Source: Prevotella sp.
GTDB taxonomy: Bacteria > Bacteroidota > Bacteroidia > Bacteroidales > Bacteroidaceae
Assembly: GCA_016901395.1 (NCBI GenBank)
Contig: JAEAMQ010000051.1
Span: forward strand, 40,614-104,613
Direction of reading: 5' to 3'
DNA length: 64,000 nucleotides
A program made the position numbers and the translations under genes. The notes beneath the pieces were generated by a model. That model made no database searches. It was not told where the DNA came from and saw only the letters and a list, made by a program, of their open reading frames with translations. This document shows, one piece after another, positions 47,104-59,781 of the stretch (positions are counted from its first letter, which is position 1; each line of letters starts with the position of its first letter).

Positions 47104-49122
47104 ATGTATCTGCATCTATCATTTCAAAGAAACGCTATTGCACTACTGTTTGCAGCGCTGGCGACGCTCCCCTCTCCCTGTTTCTCCCAAACCCGATACA
47201 AGCTCTCGCAGATGAAGACCGAGCACTTGGGACGTGGCGTGGTGGCTGTGCGCAGCGGCGACAAAGTGGTGATATCCTGGCGCACACTCTTGAGCGACAA
47301 AACCGGGGAAAGTTTTGACATCTATCGCGACGGCATCAAACTCAACACGCAGCCCCTCACCACAGGCGGCACCTTCTTTATAGACTCCAACCCCAGCGGC
47401 AAGGATGCCGTCTATGAGGTGCGTGGGGGCGGCATCAATGGCCGTTACAGGCTCAAGGCATCGTCGCCCGAGGGATATATCAGCATCCCCTTGGTGGCCC
47501 CGACCACCGAGGACAGCATTGACCTTCGACCACGAATATTCCGTCGAAGGCCCAATGCGACGGCCAACAACGGCAATACGGCCGCAGAGGACCAGCGGCC
47601 GAGGAAGATTCCTGTGACCTATAGTGCCAATGACGCTACCGTGGCCGATGTGGACGGCGACGGAGAATATGAGATTATCCTGAAATGGGACCCGCGAAAC
47701 TCGCACGACAACTCTCAGGCGGGCATGACATCGCCCGTGTTTTTCGACTGCTACAGGCTTGACGGCACACGGCTCTGGCGCATCAACATGGGACCCAACA
47801 TCCGTGCCGGCGCCCACTACACGCAGTTTCTGGCCTACGATTTCGACGGCGACGGGCGGGCGGAACTGATGATGAAGACCGCCGACGGCACCATCGACGG
47901 CACCGGAAAGGCCATTGGCGATGCCACGAAAGACTGGCGCAACACCGACAAGAGGTCGGCACAGTATGGCCGTATCATGGAGGGGCCGGAGTTTCTGACG
48001 GTGTTCAACGGACTCACCGGAGCCGCGATGAAGACTGTGGACTATGTGCCCGACCGCGGAAAACCGGGTATCTGGGGCGACGACCATGCCAACCGGTCGG
48101 AGCGTTATCTGGCAGCGCTGGCGTTTCTCGACGGCAAACATCCCTCGGCTGTGTTCTGCAGGGGCTATTACACCCGCACCACGCTGGCCGCATGGAACTG
48201 GGACGGGCGCGATTTGAAACTCCATTGGTATTTTGATACCGACCCGCAGAAGGAACAAAAGGAACTCTTGAGTCGCCTCCATCTGACCAATAAGGGGAAG
48301 GCGGAGTATGCCGGACAGGGCAATCACAATCTCCGTGTGGCCGACGTGGACGGCGATGGGAAAGACGAAATCACCTATGGCGCGATGTGTGTAGACCATG
48401 ATGGCAGTCCGCTTTACAACACGAAGATGGGGCACGGAGATGCCCTTCACCTCGTGGCAGAGCCTGTGACAAACAAGCTTTATATCTGGGACCCGCACGA
48501 AAACAGGCGCGACGGCTCCGACTTGCGCGACGCGGCGACTGGCCAAGTGATATTCCAGCAGAAGGCAAAGTTTGATGTAGGGCGTGCGATGGCGGCCGAT
48601 ATCGACTCGACGCAGTATGGTGTGGAGGTATGGAGCGCCAATGTTCCCCTCACGTCGCCATTCTCCAAGACAGCCCAGAGGAATGAACAGAACGGCGAGG
48701 TGGACTACAGCGACATCAACAGAGGCATCCGACATCTGTCGTGCAACTTCTCTATCTGGTGGCAGGGAGGTCTCACGCGTCAGCTCCTCGACCACGAAAC
48801 CATCACCCGTTACAATCCCGACACACAGGGCATCGAGGTGGTTTGTCGTCTCGACGGAGCGTTCAACAATGGCACCAAGTCTAATCCCTGCCTCTCGGGA
48901 GATATCATTGGCGACTGGCGTGAGGAGGTCATCATGCGCGATGAGCAAAGCACCGAACTGCGCATCTATACCACCGACATCCCGACACCGCATCGGGTGC
49001 CCTGCCTCATGACCGATATCCCCTATCGGGAGAGCGTGGCCTACCAGAACGTGGCCTACAACCAGCCGCCCGAACTGGGCTATTATCTCGGGCCAGACGC
49101 ACCGCTGCCCGTGTGGAAGTAG
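47104..49122 (+). CDS. Rhamnogalacturonan lyase, polysaccharide lyase family 11 (YesW/YesX-like)
   Basis: ATG at 47104 gives the signal peptide MYLHLSFQRNAIALLFAALATLPSPCFSQ. The repeated FG-GAP-like Ca-binding motifs VADVDGDGEYEI, FDGDGRAELMMKTADG and VADVDGDGKDEI are typical of the PL11 beta-propeller. Confidence 0.8.
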   Translation: MYLHLSFQRNAIALLFAALATLPSPCFSQTRYKLSQMKTEHLGRGVVAVRSGDKVVISWRTLLSDKTGESFDIYRDGIKLNTQPLTTGGTFFIDSNPSGKDAVYEVRGGGINGRYRLKASSPEGYISIPLVAPTTEDSIDLRPRIFRRRPNATANNGNTAAEDQRPRKIPVTYSANDATVADVDGDGEYEIILKWDPRNSHDNSQAGMTSPVFFDCYRLDGTRLWRINMGPNIRAGAHYTQFLAYDFDGDGRAELMMKTADGTIDGTGKAIGDATKDWRNTDKRSAQYGRIMEGPEFLTVFNGLTGAAMKTVDYVPDRGKPGIWGDDHANRSERYLAALAFLDGKHPSAVFCRGYYTRTTLAAWNWDGRDLKLHWYFDTDPQKEQKELLSRLHLTNKGKAEYAGQGNHNLRVADVDGDGKDEITYGAMCVDHDGSPLYNTKMGHGDALHLVAEPVTNKLYIWDPHENRRDGSDLRDAATGQVIFQQKAKFDVGRAMAADIDSTQYGVEVWSANVPLTSPFSKTAQRNEQNGEVDYSDINRGIRHLSCNFSIWWQGGLTRQLLDHETITRYNPDTQGIEVVCRLDGAFNNGTKSNPCLSGDIIGDWREEVIMRDEQSTELRIYTTDIPTPHRVPCLMTDIPYRESVAYQNVAYNQPPELGYYLGPDAPLPVWK

Positions 49123-49271
49123 GCTTTCTACGGTTTGTAAGTAGACGGTTTATGGTTTGAAAAAAGTCGACTTACGGTTTGGATATAAACGGCTTCAGGT
49201 TTGGATATGGACGGCTTTCAGGTTTGGATATAGCCGTCTTGTGGATTGAAAACAACATTGCCCAATAACAC

Positions 49272-49309
49272 AAAACGGGCGCATCCCATTTGAGATGCGC
49301 CCGTTTTTT
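49272..49309. terminator. Bidirectional rho-independent terminator between convergent PL11 and GH51 genes
   Basis: AAAACGGGCGCATC-8 nt-GATGCGCCCGTTTTTT has an A-run and a T-run on either side. Confidence 0.8.
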
Positions 49310-49329
49310 ATTCGTTTGAGTTCGGTTTT

Positions 49330-51291
49330 TTAGAACTTATACACGGCGAAGGTCTTGGCAGGAACGCTTACTGTAGCGGTGTTGCCATTGGCCTGTACCG
49401 TGGATTCCTGCGGAACGACATTCTTGGGATTGTCCAACGAGTTGGTGGCCTTCATGTCGTCGGCGTGCAAGGTAGTCACTGTGCCAGCACCAAGTCCTTT
49501 GGCTCCCTTGAAGTTCAGGCTGATTTCCTGTGCCTGGTCGCCAGTATTGGCTATCTTCACGATATATTTCTTCGTGTCCTTATCATATACTGCACTGGCG
49601 TAAAGGCCGTTTTCGCCCTTCACTGCCTGATTGTTCTCGGTCAGGGAGAGCATGTGGGTGCCCTTGTTGGTGCCGTAAAGCATCTGCACATACCAATTGA
49701 CCGAGCGAACACTCTGCAGATTGTCAAACCAGATGAGGTCCGGACGCCACTGCCATCCCTCCACATGGGCGAAGAGAGGAGCGTAAGTTGCCTGATAAAC
49801 CACGTCGGCATTGCGCTCAAGTCCGGTCATAAACGCGGCCTCGGAGAGTGCGGCCTCGAAGTTGTTCATGGCTACAGTGGGCTCATTGCCCATGCCTTTC
49901 ACATGGCTGGCATATTCGCCGGCAAACACTTTCGGGCCTTTGCGGTCGTAGTTGTCATAGCGGCCGGCATTCTTCAGGAACCAGTCTGGGGCCATATAAT
50001 AGTGCTCATCCACGAGGTCTACGCCGAGTTTGCGCATCTCCTGCCATCCATAGTCGAAGTTTTTGCCACTGGCAGACGGACCGGATGAACCGCAAATCTT
50101 GATCTCGGGATACTTGGCGCGAATCTGTTCCATAAACTTTTTCAGGCGCACGGGATAGAGTTCGCCCCACTGTTCGTTGCCCACGCCAATCTGTTTCAGA
50201 CCGAAAGGCTTCGGATGTCCCATGTCGGCACGCAGTTTTCCCCATTTTGTCGTCGTCGGACCATTGGCAAATTCAATAAGGTCGAGGGCATCGTCGATAT
50301 ACGGCTGCAGCTCATCCACAGCACAATGGGCATTCTGAGCGTCGTCCTTGTTTTGGAATTGGCAGGCCAATCCGACAGAGAGAATAGGCAGAGGTTCGGC
50401 TCCAATCTTCTCCGACAAAAGGAAGAACTCATAGAAACCAAGGCCGTATGTCTGGTAATAATTGGGATAGAGACGGTGGGGGAAGGTGTAGTTCCAGCGA
50501 TTTTCGTTGAGGGGACGGTTTTCGGCAGGGCCCACACTGTTCTTCCATTGGTATCTCGTGGCGAGGTCTGTTCCCTCTACGATACATCCGCCAGGGAAGC
50601 GGAAGATGCCCGGATGAAGGTCTTCGAGGTCCTTCACGAGGTCAGCACGCAGTCCGTTCCAGTTGTCTTCGGGGAATAAACTCACGTGGTCGAGGTCCAC
50701 GCCATCGGCACTTTCAAGGAAGATTCGCATCAAACCTTTCTCCAAAGTCTTCTTTGAGGTGAGGGTCACCGAGAACTTTTTCCACTGCGAATTGGTAATG
50801 GTGATGGTCTGTTTGTCCATCGGAATGTCCTGGTCGTCTACGATTTCCACACGGATTTTGGCCTCTTTGCCCTGCAGAGTATGCAGTCGGGCATAGACAG
50901 AGAAGTCATATTTCATGCCTTCTTTGAGTCCCATGCCAAAGAATCCACGGTTCTCTAAGCCAGTGAACTTCTGGTCATGACCGGCAGATTCCAATACGGC
51001 GTAATGTGGATTGCGGTCGAATGCCGGCTTCTCGTCGCTCAACGACACGTTGCCGAAGGTGTTCCAACCCATGAATCGGTTAGGAAACTCGAAGCTACGG
51101 TTCTCTACCATCTCTGCATAAAGGCCGCCGTCAGCACCAAAATTGATATCCTCGAAGAAGATACCATACATTGTTGACTGGATCGGTGCACCCGGTTTGG
51201 CATTGATGGTAAACTGATGCTGCTGTGCAGAAGCGCCTAATGATACCATCAGACTCATGGCGACAGCAGAAAGAAATTGACGTTGTTTCAT
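49330..51291 (-). CDS. Alpha-L-arabinofuranosidase, GH51
   Basis: Signal peptide, RFPGGCIVEG, the IGVGNEQWG acid/base context and the FAGEYASH nucleophile context. 653 aa. Confidence 0.85.
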   Translation of the reverse strand: MKQRQFLSAVAMSLMVSLGASAQQHQFTINAKPGAPIQSTMYGIFFEDINFGADGGLYAEMVENRSFEFPNRFMGWNTFGNVSLSDEKPAFDRNPHYAVLESAGHDQKFTGLENRGFFGMGLKEGMKYDFSVYARLHTLQGKEAKIRVEIVDDQDIPMDKQTITITNSQWKKFSVTLTSKKTLEKGLMRIFLESADGVDLDHVSLFPEDNWNGLRADLVKDLEDLHPGIFRFPGGCIVEGTDLATRYQWKNSVGPAENRPLNENRWNYTFPHRLYPNYYQTYGLGFYEFFLLSEKIGAEPLPILSVGLACQFQNKDDAQNAHCAVDELQPYIDDALDLIEFANGPTTTKWGKLRADMGHPKPFGLKQIGVGNEQWGELYPVRLKKFMEQIRAKYPEIKICGSSGPSASGKNFDYGWQEMRKLGVDLVDEHYYMAPDWFLKNAGRYDNYDRKGPKVFAGEYASHVKGMGNEPTVAMNNFEAALSEAAFMTGLERNADVVYQATYAPLFAHVEGWQWRPDLIWFDNLQSVRSVNWYVQMLYGTNKGTHMLSLTENNQAVKGENGLYASAVYDKDTKKYIVKIANTGDQAQEISLNFKGAKGLGAGTVTTLHADDMKATNSLDNPKNVVPQESTVQANGNTATVSVPAKTFAVYKF

Positions 51292-51355
51292 AAGTTTTCA
51301 GTTATTATAAGAATGTAAATTGATTCGTTTGGAGTAGAATGAAGGTCTACATGCG

Positions 51356-51363
51356 CAAAGATA
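51356..51363 (-). promoter_or_regulatory. -7 box TATCTTTG (minus strand) for the GH51 gene
   Basis: Matches TAnnTTTG, about 65 nt upstream of the ATG at 51291. Confidence 0.5.
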
Positions 51364-51425
51364 CGAAAATCCACCTCAACCGAGATGGATTTCTATGACA
51401 AATTGGTGGATATTTTACACGATGA

Positions 51426-52895
51426 CTATCGTGCCACAGGAAGAAACCTTAAATTAAAGTCTTTTCCACCATGCTGGATGAGCAACTGCCCTGATTTGGA
51501 TGTCTGGACCGCAGTAAAAGGGCGTTCTCCTATGACTTCCACTCCGTTTCCAACATTATCGCGCTGTTTCATCCAATAGACACGAGGGCGATATTCTGGT
51601 ATCTCTAACAATGAAACATCTTGGGAAAAATCCTGAGCTAAATACTCTGTTGCACTCAAACGGGAAGACAAGGTCACCAATATGTCCTGCTGACCCTTCG
51701 TCGAAATTCTCAAAACACCATTGTTGGATATCTCATATACCCATGTAACCTGACCGGCACCCGCTACATCATAGACGGCGGTAACTTTCGTTCCATTATT
51801 TCTATTAGGCTTGGTCGACGTTAGATTTACAAGTGTTGTCTTATTATTAGGCATCACCGTACCACCACCGGAGAATACGGTCACACCATTTTGAGAATAA
51901 CTTGAGATCAACCCACTATACTTATCAAAGGTGATGCTGTATGGTGTGTCCCATATAGTAAGCACTGCATTACTTTCCTTTTTCTTGGGTTTTGCCTTGT
52001 GTACGGCCGCATCGGCACGCCCTTCACCTTCTTCAATCTCTTTCCTGAAGTTGTATTTCGTGTCGGGCAAGAGGTTATAGACCTCCATCGTGTAGTTGCC
52101 TTGCTCGTCAATCAGAGGCGCAGAGGTCAATGGCGGGTCGCTCACCACTTCCATTCCTTGCTCTTTTGCATAAGCGATAAACTCCGGATCGGATGACAAT
52201 TTATTATAGGTGATGGCACCAAAACCTAAGGCTTTCATCTGTTCGATGTCTTTTTGCATCACTTTCGGCGTATCAAAATAGCCTTCGGCCAACTGGAAAC
52301 TATGTCGACTGGCTACCTTAACGCCAGCCTTTGCCTTACCAATCTCCGGTCCTAAATCTTGTTGTTGTCCATTGTTCAAAGCATAAATGAAGCAGTGGCT
52401 GGTGATACCACTCTTGCCGTATGTATTGCTGGCATCCTCGCCCTCGTCATAATGGGGCATTTGAAACACGAAAAGATTGCGTTGCCCGATATTGACATTT
52501 GAGGTGATTTCAAACTCGGTCTGCGCCCGGTCAAGTGCAGTCTGCCCAATCTTCACGCCGTTGACATAGACGCTTGTCGATGCTGTCGTGAGACCAAGAT
52601 GCAGAAAAATGCGTCGTCCAGCATAGGCAGGCGGCATCTTGATCCATCCGCGGTAGGTGCCTACATAGTCGTTTCTGAGCCATGATGTGGGCACACGCCA
52701 CACCCCGGGAACAGTCTGAAAGGTCCATTGGGTGTCGTTGAATCGGGTCGATTCAAAGTTTCGGGGAATTGATGTTTCGTTCCGGACAAGTCTAAAGAGC
52801 CATTTTTCATCAAGTGAAATGGTATCTCCGGGCGCTGCCAACAGCTGCATAGTTGACGAATAAAGTGCTGCAGCCATGATCAAAATTTTCTTCAT
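51426..52895 (-). CDS. GH2-derived secreted protein lacking the catalytic TIM-barrel core
   Basis: It has a GH2 N-terminal sugar-binding domain pattern (WLFRLV...FNDTQW..VPGVW...YVGTYRGWIKMP..GRRIFLHLG...VYVNGVKIG..EFEIT). Only the first barrel element is present (DIEQMKALGFGAITYNKLSSDPEFIAYAKEQGMEVV). This is followed directly by a domain-5-like C-terminus (ITFDKYSGLISSYSQNGVTVF). There is no WSxGNE or nucleophile motif. Confidence 0.6.
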   Translation of the reverse strand: MKKILIMAAALYSSTMQLLAAPGDTISLDEKWLFRLVRNETSIPRNFESTRFNDTQWTFQTVPGVWRVPTSWLRNDYVGTYRGWIKMPPAYAGRRIFLHLGLTTASTSVYVNGVKIGQTALDRAQTEFEITSNVNIGQRNLFVFQMPHYDEGEDASNTYGKSGITSHCFIYALNNGQQQDLGPEIGKAKAGVKVASRHSFQLAEGYFDTPKVMQKDIEQMKALGFGAITYNKLSSDPEFIAYAKEQGMEVVSDPPLTSAPLIDEQGNYTMEVYNLLPDTKYNFRKEIEEGEGRADAAVHKAKPKKKESNAVLTIWDTPYSITFDKYSGLISSYSQNGVTVFSGGGTVMPNNKTTLVNLTSTKPNRNNGTKVTAVYDVAGAGQVTWVYEISNNGVLRISTKGQQDILVTLSSRLSATEYLAQDFSQDVSLLEIPEYRPRVYWMKQRDNVGNGVEVIGERPFTAVQTSKSGQLLIQHGGKDFNLRFLPVAR

Positions 52896-53011
52896 GAGAA
52901 TTAATTTGCTATTGAACTCCTGTTATCCTTAGTTCGCTTATATTGTTATTGAAGAATGTATATGGTATGGTGGGTGCCATCTTTTCATGAAGCCGACACC
53001 CACCAATGAGA

Positions 53012-56233
<3,222 letters not shown>

Positions 56234-56243
56234 TTAAGTTTTG

Positions 56244-57386
56244 TTATTTCTGAATATATCTGTAATACTCACAGCTGGCCAGGAGGAAGGCTCCCACGCC
56301 GAAATTGGCCTGCGAGTTCTGGTCCACCACCTGTCCGGGAATGGCTTTCTCGCCGATGGGCTGCACGTAGCCCACGCGCCCGTTGGCTTGCAGGGCGGTC
56401 TTGGTGAGGTATTTCCATGCACGGTCCACGGCCTTGGTGTAGGTCTTCGACGGCGTGAGCGCGCCGTTGTTCAGTCCCCACAGCAGTCCATAGGTGAAGA
56501 AGGCGGTGCCCGAGGTCTCGGGGCCGGGGGCGTGCTTGGGGTCGAGCATCGATCGCGTCCAGTAGCCCTGCTTCTGCTGACAGGCCACCACGGCATCGGC
56601 CAATCGCTGGAATTTCTTCAGGAAGAAGTCGTAGTGCTTGTAGTCCTTGGGCATGTCCTGCAACACCTTGGCCAGTCCAGCCAGCACCCATCCGTCGCCA
56701 CGTGCCCAGAAATCCTTCTTTCCGTTCACGCTCTTGTGTTTGGGATAGATGTATTTGCCATCGCGGAAGTAGAGTCCGGTCTCCTCATCGAGCATGATGG
56801 AATCGGCATACAGCACGTTCTCATAGAGTTTGTCGAGGTAGACGGGGTCTCCCGTGAGCTTATACATCTTGGTCATCACGGGCATCACCATATAGAGGGC
56901 ATCGGCCCACCACCAGTAGTCGTGTGCCTTGCCACGGGCCTCATAGCCCATCACCTCTTTGGCACGCTGCACCATTTGCTCGTTGCGCGCCGAGGCACCG
57001 CGGGCATTCTCTATCCAGTAGAGGTCGATATAGGTCTGGAAACAAATCTGCCAGTCGCCGAAAAGCACATAGTCCTGTCCCTCGCCATAGGTCTTGTATT
57101 TCCATTTGGCGGGGTCTTTCTCGCGGGCGCCCTGCCACAGATTGTGGTCGGCCCAGGTCTTGCTGTAGTCGAGCCACTGCTCGTTGCCGAGGAGTTTATA
57201 GGCTTCAATGTTTCCTGTGTGGTAGGCGGCGTTGTCCCAGAAGCTGCGCACCTGGGGTTTATTGTTCTGTTGCCAGTAGTTATTGACGCGTGTTATGATG
57301 TCGGCTACCTGCGTGGTGGTCATGCCTTTGGCTTGTGCGGCCAGTGTCACGACAACCATTGCGGCCATAAATACGAGTTTCTTCAT
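56244..57386 (-). CDS. Unsaturated rhamnogalacturonyl hydrolase, GH105
   Basis: WDNAAYHTGN, YWWWADALYM and FWARGDGWVLAGL are typical of GH105/YteR. ATG at 57386 gives the signal peptide MKKLVFMAAMVVVTLAAQA; the track start is GTG at 57413. Confidence 0.8.
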   Translation of the reverse strand: MKKLVFMAAMVVVTLAAQAKGMTTTQVADIITRVNNYWQQNNKPQVRSFWDNAAYHTGNIEAYKLLGNEQWLDYSKTWADHNLWQGAREKDPAKWKYKTYGEGQDYVLFGDWQICFQTYIDLYWIENARGASARNEQMVQRAKEVMGYEARGKAHDYWWWADALYMVMPVMTKMYKLTGDPVYLDKLYENVLYADSIMLDEETGLYFRDGKYIYPKHKSVNGKKDFWARGDGWVLAGLAKVLQDMPKDYKHYDFFLKKFQRLADAVVACQQKQGYWTRSMLDPKHAPGPETSGTAFFTYGLLWGLNNGALTPSKTYTKAVDRAWKYLTKTALQANGRVGYVQPIGEKAIPGQVVDQNSQANFGVGAFLLASCEYYRYIQK

Positions 57387-57531
57387 TGTCTGTCTTTTCT
57401 GTTTTTTCGCCACATTCCTGCAGCATTTCGCTTAATCAATGGGGCAAAAGGATTTCAAAAATCTATGTTTCTCATCCCATTTCCCTCATCATCCTTTAGT
57501 AGCCCAGCCTCATCCGTTTATCCTTGTAATC

Positions 57532-57611
57532 AATCCCCTCCCTTTTGGGGAGGGGTTGGGGAGAGGCCTTCACTCCCCTCCCTTCGGGGGAGGGGCCGGG
57601 GGAGAGGCTGG
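57532..57611. repeat. Two direct tandem copies of the G/C palindromic REP-like element
   Basis: AATCCCCTCCCTTTTGGGGAGGGGTTGGGGAGAGGCC is followed by TCACTCCCCTCCCTTCGGGGGAGGGGCCGGGGGAGAGGCTGG. Confidence 0.9.
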
Positions 57612-57634
57612 TGAGGTAGTTTGATCGGCTTTTT

Positions 57635-58903
57635 TTAAAACTTATCCCTCGTCCTAATCTCATCCCCCCAGTGGTGGTCCTTCGGGAACGGCTGTCCGCC
57701 CCACGCCTTCACCTGTGTCCAGGGCTGCGCGGCATCGGTCCAGAACGGTGCGTCGGCCGGCAGGCCCAGCGGCATAAACGCCAGTGAACACATATAGAGC
57801 GAACCGTTATTGGTGTACCAGTCGGCCACGTTGGGCTGCGAACCACAGAAGCCGATGGTGAGATACCCGCCGGCATTATAGTTGTTTTGCTGGTCCATCA
57901 TGCGGTGCATCACCTGCGTGAGGGCCGCGCGCACCTGTCCGTTGGTCAGGTCCTGCGGCAGTTTCTGATACCAAGCCATCAGCGCCAGGGGCTGCATGGC
58001 CGCCAGGCGATAGGGGGTGGAACGCCCGATGACGGGGAATGTGCCCTCGGGAGAGATGAACCGCTCCAGCACGATGGCAAATTTCTGGGCACGCTTCAAC
58101 TCGCGGTCCCAGTATTTCTGATAGTCGAGGCGGGTGTTGGCCTTCGCGTCGACCATGTTTTTCAGTGTTTCCAGATACATCGGATGGAACACATAGCTAC
58201 TGTAATAGTCAAAGGCGAAGCTCGGGCCGTCGGCATACCAGCCGTCGCCCACATACCATTCCTCCACTTTGCGGCATGCGGTGTTCACACGAAACTGGTC
58301 GTAGTCTGCCCCCACCTTGGCGAGGAAGCTCTCGATGGTCGAGCTGAACAGGAACCAGTTGGTATAAGGCGGGTCAATGCGGCGCAGCTGGGTGAACTCC
58401 TCCACGTAGCGTTTCTTCGTCACTTCGTCGAGCGGAAGCCACAACGCATCGTAGGCACGGATGAAACTCTCGGCCACATAAGCGGCGTCGACGAGTGCCT
58501 GACCATGTCCGCGCCAAGCCAGATAGTCTGGACTTTGCGGGTCTACGGCATTCTTGTAGGCAGCCAGCGCCCACATGCGCAACTGCTGACGCTGCTGTCC
58601 CTCGGCCGTGTTGTCGTCGGGCAGCGACAGCCAGGGAGCAATGCCGGCCATGAGTCGGCCGAAACACTCCATGTAGGCCACCTTCTTGTTGCGGCCGTCC
58701 CAGTTGGGGCTTACCTCCAGCTGCATGTTCTTCTGCAACTCTCCTTTGGCCATGTTTTCCAATACCGGACGGGCCATCTTGTAGGCCTGCTGGCACCAAT
58801 ATTCGCGGTCGCTGAGCTGAACTTTCTTCTTGGCCGAGAGATTTCCGGCAGAGACGAGCAGGGCGAACGTCACAACCAAAGTTTTTACCAATACTGATTT
58901 CAT
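57635..58903 (-). CDS. DUF2264 domain protein (pectin/glycosaminoglycan-utilisation associated)
   Basis: ATG at 58903 gives the signal peptide MKSVLVKTLVVTFALLVSAGNLSA. The sequence pattern (REYWCQQAYKMARPVLENMAKGELQKNM...) resembles DUF2264 (from memory). Confidence 0.55.
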   Translation of the reverse strand: MKSVLVKTLVVTFALLVSAGNLSAKKKVQLSDREYWCQQAYKMARPVLENMAKGELQKNMQLEVSPNWDGRNKKVAYMECFGRLMAGIAPWLSLPDDNTAEGQQRQQLRMWALAAYKNAVDPQSPDYLAWRGHGQALVDAAYVAESFIRAYDALWLPLDEVTKKRYVEEFTQLRRIDPPYTNWFLFSSTIESFLAKVGADYDQFRVNTACRKVEEWYVGDGWYADGPSFAFDYYSSYVFHPMYLETLKNMVDAKANTRLDYQKYWDRELKRAQKFAIVLERFISPEGTFPVIGRSTPYRLAAMQPLALMAWYQKLPQDLTNGQVRAALTQVMHRMMDQQNNYNAGGYLTIGFCGSQPNVADWYTNNGSLYMCSLAFMPLGLPADAPFWTDAAQPWTQVKAWGGQPFPKDHHWGDEIRTRDKF

Positions 58904-58973
58904 AATTGTTAGGTTTAGATAATTGTGTTGATGAAATGGCAAAGCATAAAGACAAATACCATATTGTATGCGA

Positions 58974-58981
58974 CAAAGATA
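58974..58981 (-). promoter_or_regulatory. -7 box TATCTTTG (minus strand) for the DUF2264-GH105-GH2 operon
   Basis: Matches TAnnTTTG, about 71 nt upstream of the ATG at 58903. Confidence 0.5.
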
Positions 58982-59269
58982 CAATTTTTTTTGCGGACCT
59001 CTCAAGAAATAAACATTATTTATAAGTAACGTCTTCAATATATGAAGACTCTACGGAGTAAAATCTGTATAATTCCTGATTTTGTCGTCACAACAAACGG
59101 CTTAAACTGTCGTGTCGTCGTCAACGGCTGTCTACACACGAATCATGAGATTTAGGGGCTGGGCAGACGGAGTAACGATGCCTGCTCCAGATGAACAAAT
59201 CGAGCAGGCAAGAACGATAGCCAGAATGGATTGGCACACTAAAACAAAATGAAAATAGTTGAAGAATGT

Positions 59270-59530
59270 TGCAAAATCCTGCCCGTATTTTAAAATCGAA
59301 AGCCGGAGGCTCGAAATACGAGAAAATACGACCGTTATACAACCGGCTGGAAACCAGAGACTTGTGATTAATTAACATTTTTAGCCTTCACGATTAGTAT
59401 GTAATCGTCCTCAAAAAACGCCTTTTTCACCCCATCATTAGGCCCTTTTCGTGATGCGATTAGGCCGTTTAGGCATCGTCATTAGGTACTAATGGCATCA
59501 CAATTCGTATCTAAACGCAGAAACATCTCT
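59270..59530 (+). repeat. Dispersed TAATCG-rich intergenic element, copy D
   Basis: CGTATTTTAAAATCGAAA..GAAATACGAGAAAATACG..CTTGTGATTAATTAACA..CACGATTAGTATGTAATCG..CGTGATGCGATTAGGCC is colinear with copies B and C. Confidence 0.7.
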
Positions 59531-59748
59531 GTTTTTTGTCTCTGAAAAGCTGTTTTGGGGGCAAAAAGAAGAAGCCCGATTTCTAAAACGAGAAAAAAAG
59601 AAACGCTCTTTTTTATGAATAAAATCAACAAAAAGAAGACTGCCATCCCGGCTGCAGTAGACATGGACTGCCAGATTGGGACCGCCTCTCTCACATGGTA
59701 ATCCCAAAAATACTCCATGCAAAGTAAATCCTTTGAATGGAAAAACCG

Positions 59749-59756
59749 TAACTTTG
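59749..59756 (+). promoter_or_regulatory. -7 box TAACTTTG for the esterase-HAD fusion gene
   Basis: Matches TAnnTTTG, 26 nt upstream of the ATG at 59782. Confidence 0.55.
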
Positions 59757-59781
59757 CAGACACAACAAAAGTCTTTGTACA

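Noticed and set aside
49130-49260. A loose reiteration of ACGG(C)TTT...GGTTTGGATAT motifs downstream of the PL11 gene.
   Set aside because: There are only three to five short, irregularly spaced, imperfect copies. I could not define a consistent unit. This is probably decayed duplication next to the terminator.
59121-59378. An 85-aa minus-strand ORF and a 36-codon plus-strand ORF (59145-59255) in the long gap upstream of 59782.
   Set aside because: They have no promoter box and no recognisable motifs, and their composition is typical of non-coding AT-rich spacer. Part of the region belongs to dispersed repeat copy D.
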